NCBI GenBank assembly: GCA_000320545.1
Contig: ADNK01000503.1
Span: 124,001 to 188,000, forward strand
Reading direction: 5' to 3'
Origin: Bigelowiella natans CCMP2755
Taxonomy: Eukaryota > Protista > Cercozoa
DNA: 64,000 nucleotides
Each line of letters opens with the position of its first letter. Within the stretch, counting starts at the first letter, position 1. Of the stretch, positions 14,341 through 27,171 are shown in pieces. The notes beneath the pieces were generated by a model. That model made no database searches and was not told where the DNA came from. It saw only the letters and a list, made by a program, of their open reading frames with translations. The translations under genes were made by a program, and so were the position numbers.

Positions 14341-14729
14341 ATCCATTTCTTTCTGCAGCTTTTATCATTTAAAATTGCTATTGAAGACAAATATAAACAT
14401 GGATGTAGGTAGCGTGGTAATCTATGCCGGAAACGCACTGGTGGGTTTGTGACAACACACTACTCACATTGCATATTTCTGCAGAGAAAAGGCGAGTAGA
14501 ACGTGGACCACAGATGTCGCATGTTTTGTCAGATCTACTACTAATATTAAAGATTTCTTCCACGTTAATGTAGATTCCACAAGAATGCACACCTAGCCTT
14601 TTTCTTTCAAACTCAAACTCAAAAAAAGGATGAGAGAAGAGTAATTATGTGTTGTGCAAGGCGCCGCATTGCGCCTAGCAGCTGATGTGATGCCATGCAT
14701 GGTTGTGTCTTTGTTGCTTGTATCATTGC

Positions 14730-14765
<36 letters not shown>

Positions 14766-15116
14766 CAGTGTGTGTGTGTGTGTCGCATCCATGTGCATGC
14801 ATGAGGCAGCACAGCATGCTCATATACATGCACATCGTGTTTTAGCATTGTCAAGTAGTAAGCTATAGTGGTACGATGCTAGGATGCTAGGATGTCCACA
14901 TTCATGGCAAGCATGCTAGCAGCTGCGTGCATGCATGCAGCACATGCTAGCATGCGCCACTGCATTTGTGCGTCTGCTAATCTCATGCTGTACGTCTAGC
15001 TGTGCTGGTGTAGCTAGCGGCGATGCATAATAGACACAGTAATAGCATATATATATAGTATATATATGATACTAAATGTCTATAATAAGTAGACACAGTA
15101 ATAGCATATATATATA

Positions 15117-15219
15117 CAAGGAAACCAACAGATACAACTTAAGCGCTGTAGCCGCTGCATTGCATAGCTACATTAGGATGACCATTGAAAAAATTTAAAC
15201 ATTTCATTACATCCGTCTC
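15117..15219 (+). repeat. Dispersed intergenic element, copy 1
   Basis: Core aagcgctgtagccgc..ttgcatagctacattaggatga..ttgaaaaaa..ttcattacatccgtct, shared with copies at 24232, 50631 and 60825. Confidence 0.85.
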
Positions 15220-15667
15220 ATATATATTATATATATGATATTACATGTCTATAATATGCGTACATGCAATGCCCTTACTTCGATCGCTGACGGGTTTCTT
15301 CAAAGTCGCACAGTTGACAGAATTTACCGTGATAACGAGTACGTAGTTGATAAACAAAGCTATAAGTAGAAATCATAGAATAAAGTAGTTTATGTGGTTT
15401 CTTCTTCTGCAATAAGGGTAGCCGAATATGAAGCACCATCGCACTATAGCACGGAAGTCCGAGTGTATGTCCGATCAACAATTAGACATACGAGTAATAA
15501 CACATCCTTTACATCCTGTCGTGGCTATTGAGAAGATGCTCCAGTAGTGCTTTCTTTTGTTGGAAGATTTGTTTTCGTGACTCTGTCATCATTAATGCAA
15601 TATGGCTACAACCTATCCGTAGTCCGTAGCCCCTCAGATCACGCTATCATCACCAGATTATCGAAGC

Positions 15668-16603
15668 TCAATCCGCTTTGGTTGGTTTCAAATGCTTAAA
15701 GGCCGATAGATGCTTGGCGAATGCCGCATACTGACGGAAAGATTTGGAGCACGTACCACACTGATAATGGCATAAGCGAGCACGATTCAGAGAATGAGAC
15801 GACGCGTGGAGAAGTAGATATGAATCCAATGTGAGTATATGACTTGGACGTATCTCATGGCAGAAATCAACACACCAAAGCAACTATTTCCCGTTTCAAT
15901 TCGGGGTAATATTGCACTACTAGCAAGTAACTTGACCTTGTATGGCCTCTCACCGGTATGAACCCTTATATGCTGATTCATGTTCCCTCTTTGAGTGAAG
16001 GTCTTACCACAATGTGTACATTTGAATGGCCTCTCGCCGGTGTGTACCAGCTGGTGTCGGTTGAGGTTGCTCTTATTCGCAAAGGATCTATTGCACTGCG
16101 AACACAGCAAGTAGTAGTAGCGGAATAAACAAGGTCGGAAGAACATCAGGAATAAAACGACGAAATCGTTCAAGATGGAGCCATTTACCAGCTCGCAAGT
16201 AAACTTCCTTTTCTTCTCAGGAGGACGAGGTACTGTGAGCGAAAGGCTTCTCTTCATTGAGGAGCTGGGAGATCTACAACTACGACTACTACTACTACTA
16301 CTACTACTGCTGCTGCTACTTGTATAGCTGCTTGTTACTAGATCACTCCCCCCACCGGTGCCTGTTCCCGCTAAAGCAGCTGGAGAGGAGGAGATGGAAG
16401 AGGAGGATGATGGCCTACTTCGATTATTCGCTTGGTGGTGGAGACGATGATGATGGAAGCCTCCCAATGGACTGCTACTACATAGAGAACCAGTAGTTAC
16501 CAGAGCTGCTGCAGCAACATTAGCTAAAGATCTACTACCATCTCCGCTGCCAAGTGAATGAAGAGGAGGAAGGATATCACATATATTCCCACCTAGCAAG
16601 TTG

Positions 16604-16639
<36 letters not shown>

Positions 16640-18692
16640 AGTAGGGCTAGATGATGATGATGATGATGATGACGTTGAGGAGTATGATTTATTATGCTGC
16701 TACTTGGGATGATGTCATTGGCATTTCCAAGCGGTTGGTTGTGGTGGTTGGGTTGATCCACACCTATCATCCATCTGGGGGTTTCAGCTCCTCCTCCTCC
16801 TCCTCCTCCTCCTCCTCCTCCTACTGCTCGCCCCATTCCTGCAAGAATTCCTCCTCCCCCTTCTCTTGATCCTGGAGGAGGAGGGCCAGCACAACACCCC
16901 GCACCACCACCACAACTACTACTACTACTGCTACTACTAGCCTCTAATCTTTCCTTGAGACCAAAGAGATTGTCACGATGAGCTGTTAATCGGTCTAGAT
17001 CAACAATGAAGATCTGGATGATATAATTATTGGAAAACATGTTATGGGGCTAGGTTAGCAATGTCGAATACGGGAGATCACCCCGAGAATAGAAGATATA
17101 GGCACGTTATTTTTGGATAACCACCTGTACGCAATCAGTACAGCAGAAGTCCATAGTCTGGCCACCTTTGAATACTGCACGTACTCCCTAATTTGTATCA
17201 ACGAAGCACAAGAACCTGATTAACTCACATTTGAAAACTGCAAATAAGCACATGAAACAGAAATCTCATGGAGCTATCTCTCCTGAATAAAGGTTTCGTT
17301 ACTTACTTGGAGCACAGGCTTGTTGAGAACAGGACACCTTAAAACTTCGTGAAATGAATCCGATTTGCTAGTAAAACCTAGCAGAAATCGAGAGGGTTGC
17401 TCCGAGAACTGGCGACAGCAATTGGTGGAGCAGAAGTGCATCTGCTGGCCACCCGTGAAACTTACCTTTATTACAAAAATAAACATATCACAATCATAAT
17501 AATGGCTGCAAGATAGCTTTCACGTACCCTTACATGCTCTTGCTTATTATCGATAGGTGTACCCGACACCGGGCATAGATAGGTTAGAGCTATAGACTTC
17601 GGATTGAGGTTGATCTCCCGGCGAGAGAAAGGGATTATTTGTGGGGGTGGTAGTGGTGGTGGTGGGAGTGATTTCTTCTCCTGCGACGATGATGATGATG
17701 ATGCTGATGATGATGATGCTGATGATGCTAATATTGATGATGCTGCTGCTGATGCTGATACTGATGATGCTACTGATGCTGCTGATGCTGAATAGTTTGC
17801 ACGCTTGTTCGTGCCAATCGCGAATTGAGCATGAGGGGTCGTCGGCGCTTTTTGGGTTTTTGTTGCAAAATCTTGAGAAGGATCCTATGTTATGAAAACT
17901 AATAAAACACTAATTCAGATTCAGTGTGCTGTGTGTTTACCAGCTTTAGTCGCTGTAGAACATTATACACCCTCTCTTTGACAAATCTATCAGATATCTT
18001 TCCCTCTAGAGTCTCCCTTTTCAGATTCTTGAAAGACTCAAACGTAGGCTCCTTCCCTTCGTAGACCTTGTGCAAAAGGCAAGGTGAGATTGAATTCAGT
18101 ATATCGGACTTTGAGCATCATGCACTTTTCATCGTACCCTATGTAAGTATGCTCTATACGAAACGTAGCGCTCCACAAAAATGTCAGTGGTAATGGGTTC
18201 TTTCAATTGTATTTTCTTATCATGTGGCGTGGAACTTACTGAGTCCACAAGAAGTTTGAAATCCGAAGGATGAAGGAAATAAAAGAAACTTTCTGTGGTG
18301 GATGGCAAGTTGGCATTTTGGGTGTGCAACTGTCGTTGGTTTTGCTCCTGGATCTGCTGATTTTGTTGATTTTGCTGCTGCTGAGGATGGGGAAGAGGGA
18401 GCGATATAGGATAATGATCAAACTGTAGTTGAGTTCCAATACTGCTTTGGAGCGACAAAGGTTCTGATGTCTCCGCTCCTTCTATCTCTGAAGGAGGAGG
18501 TTTGAAGGAAGTCGAGGTTATCAAGGAGGCATTCTCTGCACCATAGTTTGTAGTTAATGGAAATGAGGGTGACTTTTGCGAGGTTGATAGAGGATTCATT
18601 GATGACGAGCAGCTTTGCCCTTTTCTTGAATTTTCTTTTTCATCTGTCGTCGTCAACGATGAGCTTTTAGGAGTAGCTGAATGGCCAGACAT
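15668..18692 (-). CDS. C2H2 zinc-finger transcription factor (3 fingers) with two YHS/TRASH-like Cys modules and poly-S/G/H/Q tracts
   Basis: ATG at 18692 (MSGHSATPK). Fingers: FTCELCNRSFANKSNLNRHQLVH-TGERP-FKCTHCGKTFTQRGNMNQHIRVH-TGERP-YKCGTCSKSFRQYAAFAKHLSAFKH, preceded by basic PEKKRK. Middle exons encode CPVSGTPID..FCSTNCCRQF and CPVLNKPV..FCCTDCVQIF. Confidence 0.85.
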
Positions 18693-20117
18693 CTTCGTTC
18701 GCAGCAAACAAATTATGATCCCTACCCCATCCAGGATTTATATACGTTAGAAGCGATGGCTATTATCCAGATGTCGCCTTCTCCCTAATTAGGAAAATGC
18801 ATATTTCAGATAATCGTTTTGGCACCCATAGCTCGGTTTGCTTTCGAACAGCCGAACTGACCCGTCCCGCTGATGCTTGTTCTGTGCTGAATGTAACCAC
18901 CAAAGCATTACCTTCATCCCATCTTTTTCTACACCACCGACTTGGCTTGTCTGCCACCACGAGCCCGTTCCTTGCACGGCTTCGCGTCTTTCTTTCTTTC
19001 TACGAGCAGGTACTGGCTACAACGTAGTTCTAGATTCTGCTTTGTTACATGCGATTTTCTTCTTGCGTCACGCAAAAACTTCATTTCTTGGATTCGCGGC
19101 ACAAAATGGCAGCGTCCCGATATTTGTTTTCCGGCACCACCTCATCCAATGATCTTTAGCAGTAGCACGCTAAAGACTAGTTTGGAGCACTACACAAGCC
19201 GATGTTCATTCGCGTCAACGATCAAAAACACATGTAACCAGGAATTTCAACAATGTTCCCGAGGTTGATGAGCAATTAACCAACATTTTACGCTGCTCTG
19301 AGATCGAGTTTCTGATGTGCAGATGTTTTCGACGGATTTGTGCATGAGAACATCTTTGAATCAGTCAAAGCGCCCCTGCATTTTCCACAAATGAACCGCG
19401 ATTCTAACAGTGCAGCAGCATTCACATGAGAAACTAATCTGAAACATGATACGAAGAAGAGGAAGACGTGTGCTCCTGTTCAGCTGGAAGAGGACTCTTT
19501 TTGCCAATTCAAGTGAACGTACGATTGTTGTTTTCGTCATGTTAATTTCAGTGTCACAGTGTGCAAATCACATGTCACACATGGGGTACCCACTTTTCGT
19601 CTGGTGGGTGGACACCTTGATGTGAGCACAGCTCGCAGGCACAGCTCGTGCAAATACGTAACCAGTTTTTTTTGGGTGAAAAGCATGTGTGCGCAATACT
19701 TCCTTCTAAAAAAATAATTATTCAAGACAAAGCTCGAGTGTGTCTCTCGGGATAACACATTTCATCATTTTGACTTGAGTTGGCTAAGTTTAAATTTTCC
19801 TTGTCGGAGGTGTGACAATTGAGGCCGATGTCGAAATCATCGAAGAAGACGCGAAACGCTCTGAAGGATTTCTAAGGCGACATAATCCTTTTCATGTCGC
19901 AATCCAGAGATTACCTTCATTTGCACATAACCCCTTTCTCCACAGCCGAGTCCCATAATACTCAAGCCAGCAATGGAAGTTCAACTAGATCTACGCCCAG
20001 AAGTTTGCCGATTTGGTTAGGGAAGAGGAACGTGGAAATTCAGATATACACGACCATCGTATTTCGAAGATCAAACTAGGGAAAAAATAAACAAAGAGAG
20101 CCTGAACGTGGACTAAG

Positions 20118-20458
20118 ATGGGTCTTGCTGACTTCCGCGACATCCAAATGTTCGCGAAGGTATGTACCGCTTTAAGTTTGCACATTCGTGCCAAGTTTAA
20201 TGGACCCCGGCCTCTACATCAGGGGAGTTTTGGTAGGGTATTCAAGGGAGTGAGGAAGCCCGAAGGGAAAATGTACGCTTTGAAGCAGTTAAACGTACAA
20301 CGGATGAGTCGCAGAGAAAAGGTGATATGAATGAATATTCTGTAGGGTATCTAATGACATATCACGTTCCTAACATTGATTCTGTGTTTTTTTCATAGGA
20401 AGAAACGCTAAACGAGGTTCGCTTGCTTGCCTCTGTGGTTCACCGAAACATTCTGCGG

Positions 20459-20491
<33 letters not shown>

Positions 20492-22813
20492 GTCAGATTT
20501 TGGCCAAATGATCCTTGAGAATCTTCTCTGATTCGTAGGTTCTGTGAGGTTTTCTTAGAAGGAAAACATCTCTACATTGTAACCGAATATTGTGGCGGCG
20601 GAGATGTGATGTCATACATCACAAAGTATAGGTAATGGTAGCTCGCACGTCTACGATGGTCTCTTCATAATTGGACTATTATTGACAGAGGACATATGGA
20701 ACCGAAGCTCTTGTGGTCAATATTTATTCAAACTTGTCAAGGGGTCAAAGCTCTTCACGAAAAGGTACAACAAAGTATGCGGTGTTGTCGTAATCACACT
20801 CGCAATTGATTTTTTTCACTTTTTTCTGTAAAAAGAACATTCTTCATCGGGACTTAAAGCCGCAGAATATTTTGATGACCACATCCGGTCAGCAAATAAA
20901 TAAGGAAGAAAAGAGAAATACAAAGGGGGCCTGGAATTGGAGAAATCTATGAGAATGGCCTTTGTGATAAATGAGTACTCACCATATATTGATTCAAACA
21001 GGGAGGGTCAAGCTTGCGGATTTCGGATGCTCCAAAATCATGAAGGCGAATAGGCTGGCATTGACACAATGCGGTCATCATCATCATCATCATTATCCAC
21101 GACAACAATAGTACTACAACCATTTCGATATTTCCGTGACTGTCCTTAACCGACTTCTTATACTATTGTATTCATGGCTAATTAGGCACTCCATACTACA
21201 TGAGTCCAGAGCTGTGGAAAAACCAACCTTATGGCAAATCTTCCGATGTTTGGTCTTTAGGTAGCATCTCTCATATGTAGATAGTTATTCATGAAACTGT
21301 CATGGAAGTTTTACTGTAGCTCAGTGATGGGTGCACAAATTTGTAGGGTGTATATTGTACCACATGGCCACTAATCGGCCGCCTTTCGACGGATATAATA
21401 TGAAGGACTTGGCGAACAAAATCATGTAAGCAGCTGCGACACCTACTCATATTAAGTACTCTATTCTTGTGGAATTTCATTATCCTTGCCTTACGACTGC
21501 AGGTATGGACGCTCTCCTCGCTTACCAAAGGGAAAGTACTCGGTTGATATGAATCTTATGATCAAGAAGGTGGTGGATCCATTTATTGCTTTATGTAGCA
21601 TTCTTTCACTATGTAAGGAAGAAGGAATTGTTATTCAGAAACTTTAATCTATAGATGTTGGAGAAGACACCCAGTCATCGCCCTTCCGTTGCAGGGATCT
21701 TAGCTAGCGGTATGTTTGAAAATCGAAACAAATCAGCTATATTGCACACATCTAAAATAATATCTCAAATGGTATACAAACGATTGCTGTGTCTAAAGGC
21801 ATTTGAGAGCATTATTTGTTGCGTTGTTTTTCTCCGTATTATCACGATACATAGCTGACCGGCCTCTTTGTTATCTATCTTACTACTGTTTATTGGTCAG
21901 ATGCCTGTAAGTCACGCATGTTTATGCTGCGGGACGAGGATCGGGAGAAGGAGAGCGACAGTAAATTTGAGCTCATTGGAACTATTAAACTGCCATCCAA
22001 CAACATAGCAAGGTAGCATGCGTGGGAGGCTTTTTAACATTCTTGCACACGGCGTCCCGTTAAGTAAATGGTTTCAGTTTTCTTTAGAAAAAAAGGACCA
22101 ATCTATGAGACATCCCTCCTGGTTTTCGACTTCTTCTCACCAATCCCTACCACCATTACAACTCCTATTTTAGGGTCAGAGCACAGCTTCCCGATTCGAA
22201 TTATACCATGGCTTTGAAATCGCCGACCGCGGTACACTCTGCAGAAGCAAATAAGGAAATAAATCGCGGGTCAAGCGGTAAGTATAGCATAAAAAGGACA
22301 ACCTTACAATGGCATGTACCTACCACATAATCGTCGCCAGTTTGTCTTGAATGCAACTCTCCTTATGACTTTACACAGACGATGCCGTGAACCAAGAGCG
22401 ATGGAATAGGAAGAAAACGGCTAAGAATAACTCTCCTGATCGAAGGTCCCACCAATCAGAAGTAGCATCTCGTGCTGCAGGGCCAAACAGAAGGGGTGGC
22501 GTCGTGAAATCCAGGTAATTCCGCACATATTGAATGAGTTGTTAGCTTCCAAAGAGATAACATATGTGAGATTACTCGTTTCAGCTTTGTGGAGACTTTG
22601 GTGTTCGCTGCCCTGCTTTTTCTTCTCCACCATCTGACTAAGAGTATGATGATGATGATGATGATGATGATGATAACTGCTGTGGCAACGACGAATTCAC
22701 ACAACGTCCTTCTATAATGGTATTTTATCGCTGCTGCCGTCGCCGCCCCATCAAGAAGAAGGATTGCGTCCCGCGCTGGTGTTGGCAAACGTAACCGAGA
22801 CGCTAGGTCGAAA

Positions 22814-22848
<35 letters not shown>

Positions 22849-23111
22849 AGCACCCTCACACCAATATGCAGCATTGCCTCCCGCCGCAAGAAGACACGCA
22901 AGGCCTTCCCCATCGAGACAGAGACACGCAAGAGCTGTTCCGACGCGACAGGGGCTACCCCCTACTTCACGTGTGCGGAGAAACATTAACAGTAGAGCCC
23001 CCAATGCGGCCGACATCTACGATCGAATTTACCAGCGAAAGATGAGAGAAGCGGTAGTACACTGTTCTGTGATGAGGCGTTTGTAGTCGTGCGTATATTT
23101 GTATGTGTAGA

Positions 23112-23147
<36 letters not shown>

Positions 23148-23589
23148 ACAGGGGGAGGGGAGGGAAGAAGAGGGAAAATAACCTCACAGTTTCCTTTGAA
23201 AAATTATAAAAAGTAGCTAACCTTAAGATCTCATCATCCTTTACACTACTTTCTTTCGATTCCATAATTTATTTTAGGCAAACAACCGAAAAGTGCGACC
23301 ACATCGAAGAGCGTACAAAAGTGACGAGCATGGAATCAGGGCTCGCAAACCCGTTGGCAAAAAAGAATACCGTTGGCAGCCTAAGAATGTCTATGCGAAT
23401 GCGGTAGCAACTACAAAATATGCTGATTAGCGTCACAGATTCATGAAATACTATTTGTCTCACAATCAGGCTCGCTATGAATACCAACCTCCAAAGTATG
23501 GTCGCAAGAATATGAATCGCTGGGACTACAAGCCTACAAAACCCAGAGCGTATGCTGGAGGTGTGTACAAGCCCACGCGCCTGTGGTGA
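20118..23589 (+). CDS. NIMA-related (NEK) serine/threonine protein kinase (multi-exon)
   Basis: Spliced motifs [84 protein letters not shown] and HRPSV, then a long basic tail ending KPTRLW*. Confidence 0.95.
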
Positions 23590-24231
23590 GAACCTGTGGT
23601 AAGAATAGGCAGTGTAAAATAGTAAGTGAGAATCGAACATGTGAGTCCTGGATCCAGGAGGTAATTCGCAAGTTCATGTTTCATAGAATAAAGACTTTCG
23701 GCTATTTTCCTGCCGATCAATTAATGCAGAACTAGCTTTGCACCAAAACATAAGCCAGTTTTTAAAGACTTTGAGATGCATACGCTAAGCGGGCTGATAT
23801 CGATGACTACTGTATCCTATGCCACGTTGTAATGATTAGCATTTGGTCCACACGCACACCTGTTTCTCACATCCATATTGCGTTGACTCCAGCTATCTTC
23901 GTATCGTAAAATAGCAAAGCAGCGGTGCATATGTCAACAATGCTAGAATGTATGAATAATCCCTTGCATGAAACGCTTTCGCGCGCGCATTTTTAGTGCT
24001 TGGCATGCAATCTATATGCGCAACGGCACCCACGCGCACTCTCTCGCTCATTTTTATTCTATATATTATTTATGCAATTTGCGGCTTACTCATATCATGC
24101 AACCGATGCTCGCGGCACGTGTAAGCAATCTTGAAACTACTCAGATTTCATACACACAAACACATACACACACACACACACGTGCACGTCCACATACATA
24201 CTTATAAAAGCTATAAATCGCTATATAACAT

Positions 24232-24309
24232 AAACGCTGTAGCCGCAGCTTTGCACAGCTATATTAGGATAACTTTTGAAAAAATGTTATTATTTCATTA
24301 CATCCGTCT
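24232..24309 (+). repeat. Dispersed intergenic element, copy 2
   Basis: aaacgctgtagccgcagctttgcacagctatattaggataacttttgaaaaaatg..ttcattacatccgtct. Confidence 0.85.
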
Positions 24310-24622
24310 ATAAAATAGCTACATACACATATAGCTAGCCGATGGAAGTTATACCAGCAACGCCGCCGTGCTACTGTACATCTAAGTTAAACTAAAAATA
24401 TGCTAGACTTTTCTCGGAGCGCCTCAGCTACACGTAGAAGATATTATATTGTCCGGAACAACAACACAAATAAAACAAAACACATGGTAACTTCGCTCTT
24501 TGCGTGGCCATTTGCACAATGTGCGCGGCTACAAAGGAATGAAATAACCTCTATAGTCTACTGTTACTATTACAAATAGAACAATTACGCCTCTAGTCTT
24601 AATTATGATGGTAGCACGCAAG

Positions 24623-25778
24623 CTATAATCCCTTTCTTTCAAAATCAAGGGCCTCTAGGGCTTGAATTGCTACCTAAAGTAAAAATAATAGCAACGAATT
24701 AGCAGATGTTTTGAGATAAAAAGGCGGAGCAAATGCGATGTATAGCGCAGATAAGTTCAAGCTTTTAACAGTATTGCATAGAGAACCTTGCATGCATTCA
24801 CGCTTTCGCCACTATCTTCGATCGAAGTAGGTTCCAATCTAGATTCCTAGAAGGCACAACACATTATAAGCAATGGAAGAATATATTTTGTGTATAATGG
24901 TCCAAACCAATGCAGAGATAAGACGCGCTTTCCCGTCCTGACCTTCGAATCTGTGTATACCGTATGGTGTAATTATTGACTACAAATCTTACCAATTTCT
25001 TTGACCTTGCCAGCCGCATTTCCTCCAAAACATGACACCATCCAGCTTGATCTCGCCTCTCCCTTATTGCTCTTTGCCATTTCAAAGCTAGTGCGAGTTT
25101 CACCTCTTCCCAATCAATCTCTGAATCCTTCTAAAAAAAATGCAAGAATTACGCTCAGGATTTCAAAAGCGTGCGAAATAGTAGCATCTTACGCTTGAGA
25201 GCTCTTGAAGCCATGCCCCTCTTTGTTTCTGAGTCCTCAATTTGGATCTACAAAACCAAAAAGGGAGATGTCTCGCTCAATCTAGACGGTCTATGTTTGA
25301 GTTCGATTTAAAAGGCCTGAGCACCTCAGGACTGCAGCCTTATCATGAGCTTCCCCATTAGCATAACCCCAGTTCCAACCGGGGGAGTCCCAGCCCCCTC
25401 TCACCAGCCAAGGCGGCCTTGTAGCAGAATATTGGATGTAACTACTATCAAATGACAGTCAAAATCGAAACACATGATCATAGTTTTAATCAATGCCCTA
25501 TGAGGTTGTTGTTTCACGTAGTTGGATAATGGCTGGTATTGTTACTCCTACTTTTGCATTCTTCTTGGAAAAGTCAAGCTTCTTTCGACGGGGCTAAGGC
25601 AACTCGTAGAGGAAAGCTGCGCGAAATTGGTCCTCATTATCCGCGGCACTGCCCTCCCCCCTCTTGCAAAAGGCATAGAGCATAAGATGCTCATCACAGC
25701 GGCGACGACGGGGACATCGACCATTGTGCAGTTGGTGATTTTTGTGAGAAAATTGTGGCGATTTACGAGATGCGACAT
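24623..25778 (-). CDS. Small hypothetical protein with signal-peptide + transit-peptide-like leader (possibly plastid-targeted)
   Basis: Exon 1 MVDVPVVAAVMSILCSMPFARGGRAVPRIMRTNFAQLSSTSCLSPVERSLTFPRRMQK is hydrophobic then R/S-rich. Later exons give GWDSPGWNWGYANGEAHDKAAVLRSKL..DWEEVKLALALKWQRA..VLEEMRLARFEG..AIQALEALDFERKGL*. The start could be Met at 25778 or 25724. Confidence 0.7.
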
Positions 25779-25962
25779 GAAATTATAAGACGATTTTATG
25801 GGTAAAAAGGCCCTACGACAACCCGTTCTTGCGACGACGACGAATACCCATACACGTGTGCATAGAATGATGATGATAAGGAGGAGGAGGAGGAGGAGGA
25901 GGAGGAGGAGGAGGAGAGGAGTATCATTTAAGGGAAACTAACGAGGAGTAGTGAGGAGGAGA

Positions 25963-27121
25963 ATGGACATCCAACCGGACAAAGATCCTCGGATCGATTC
26001 AGGAAATGATGATCATCTGGTGGGGGAGAGCAACCGCGACAGCGACGACCTCAAAGAGAAGGGAAACCAACGCAAAGAGGGCGCTACCACTGAACAAAGC
26101 AGAACTGCAGTTGAGAATGATGGGGCAGGTAGGTTATCACAAGTTTAGGGACAATGTCGTTCTAATGTGAATTCATCTTTGATCTTCACAATATAACAGC
26201 AGAGCTGGCAAGGAATTTAGAAGACAAGGTGACGTTGATCATGGCCACGTCACCTGTCAAATCGAATCCCTCCACAGTACTGCTCAAACACACCATGGAT
26301 AGCATTCGGGTCTATTGCAAAGGTGCAACTATCTGTACCATAAGTAAGGAGTAGTAGAGTCTATGCAGCAGCATTAGTAATAGAATACTATAGAAGCAAC
26401 TTGGAATTTCAGGAAAAGAATACCACTCACACTAAGTTGCCGCAACACCATCTAGGAACCTACAAACTTCGCAAAATCATCGTTTGTGACGGATATTCCA
26501 CTACGGAGGAGAAGAATCGTACAAAAACTACTTATTTGAATCATCATCATCAATTGCATCCTCCTCTCTTATCGTATTTCGCCATTGGATAGATAAATCT
26601 ATAAATTTTCGAATTATTCATTTTTAGAGAAAGGAGTAGCGAGGAAAGGAAGAAGGATCGCCGAGGATAAGGTACTACGTTGCCAAATTTGCCGTGAAGG
26701 TGAATGTAACACGCACACATACACACACACACACACACACACATACACACTCACACACACGTTTTCGGTCAGGTTGCCGACTACAAAGAATATATCCGCA
26801 GAGTACAGGTCTGTGGTTGTAAAGAGATGATGAAGGATGATGATGATGAAGAATTAAAGAAGAAACATAGGAGGAAGAGCCTTATTACTTGATACTCAGG
26901 AACTCATCGAACAAAAGGAGGACCCTGCTTTTCATAAGGTGGTGCTTTGGCAGCCATTGCTGCCGGCTTCTAGCTGATAGCAGCGATTCATTTTTCTTTC
27001 GCGACACATTCTCTGCTGGCGACTACACGCTAGGAATAGTCTCTGTTAGCGTGGTAAAGTATACATGAAAGTACTGTCATTCCTTGGAGCAATGTACGAA
27101 CAGATCCTTCATAAAATAAAA

Positions 27122-27171
<50 letters not shown>

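Noticed and set aside
20160-20222. Stop-free introns of 3n length (also in DD3-3, zinc finger, PDRG1 and eIF3k genes) as a regulated retention system
   Set aside because: A handful among more than 100 short introns is about what chance predicts.
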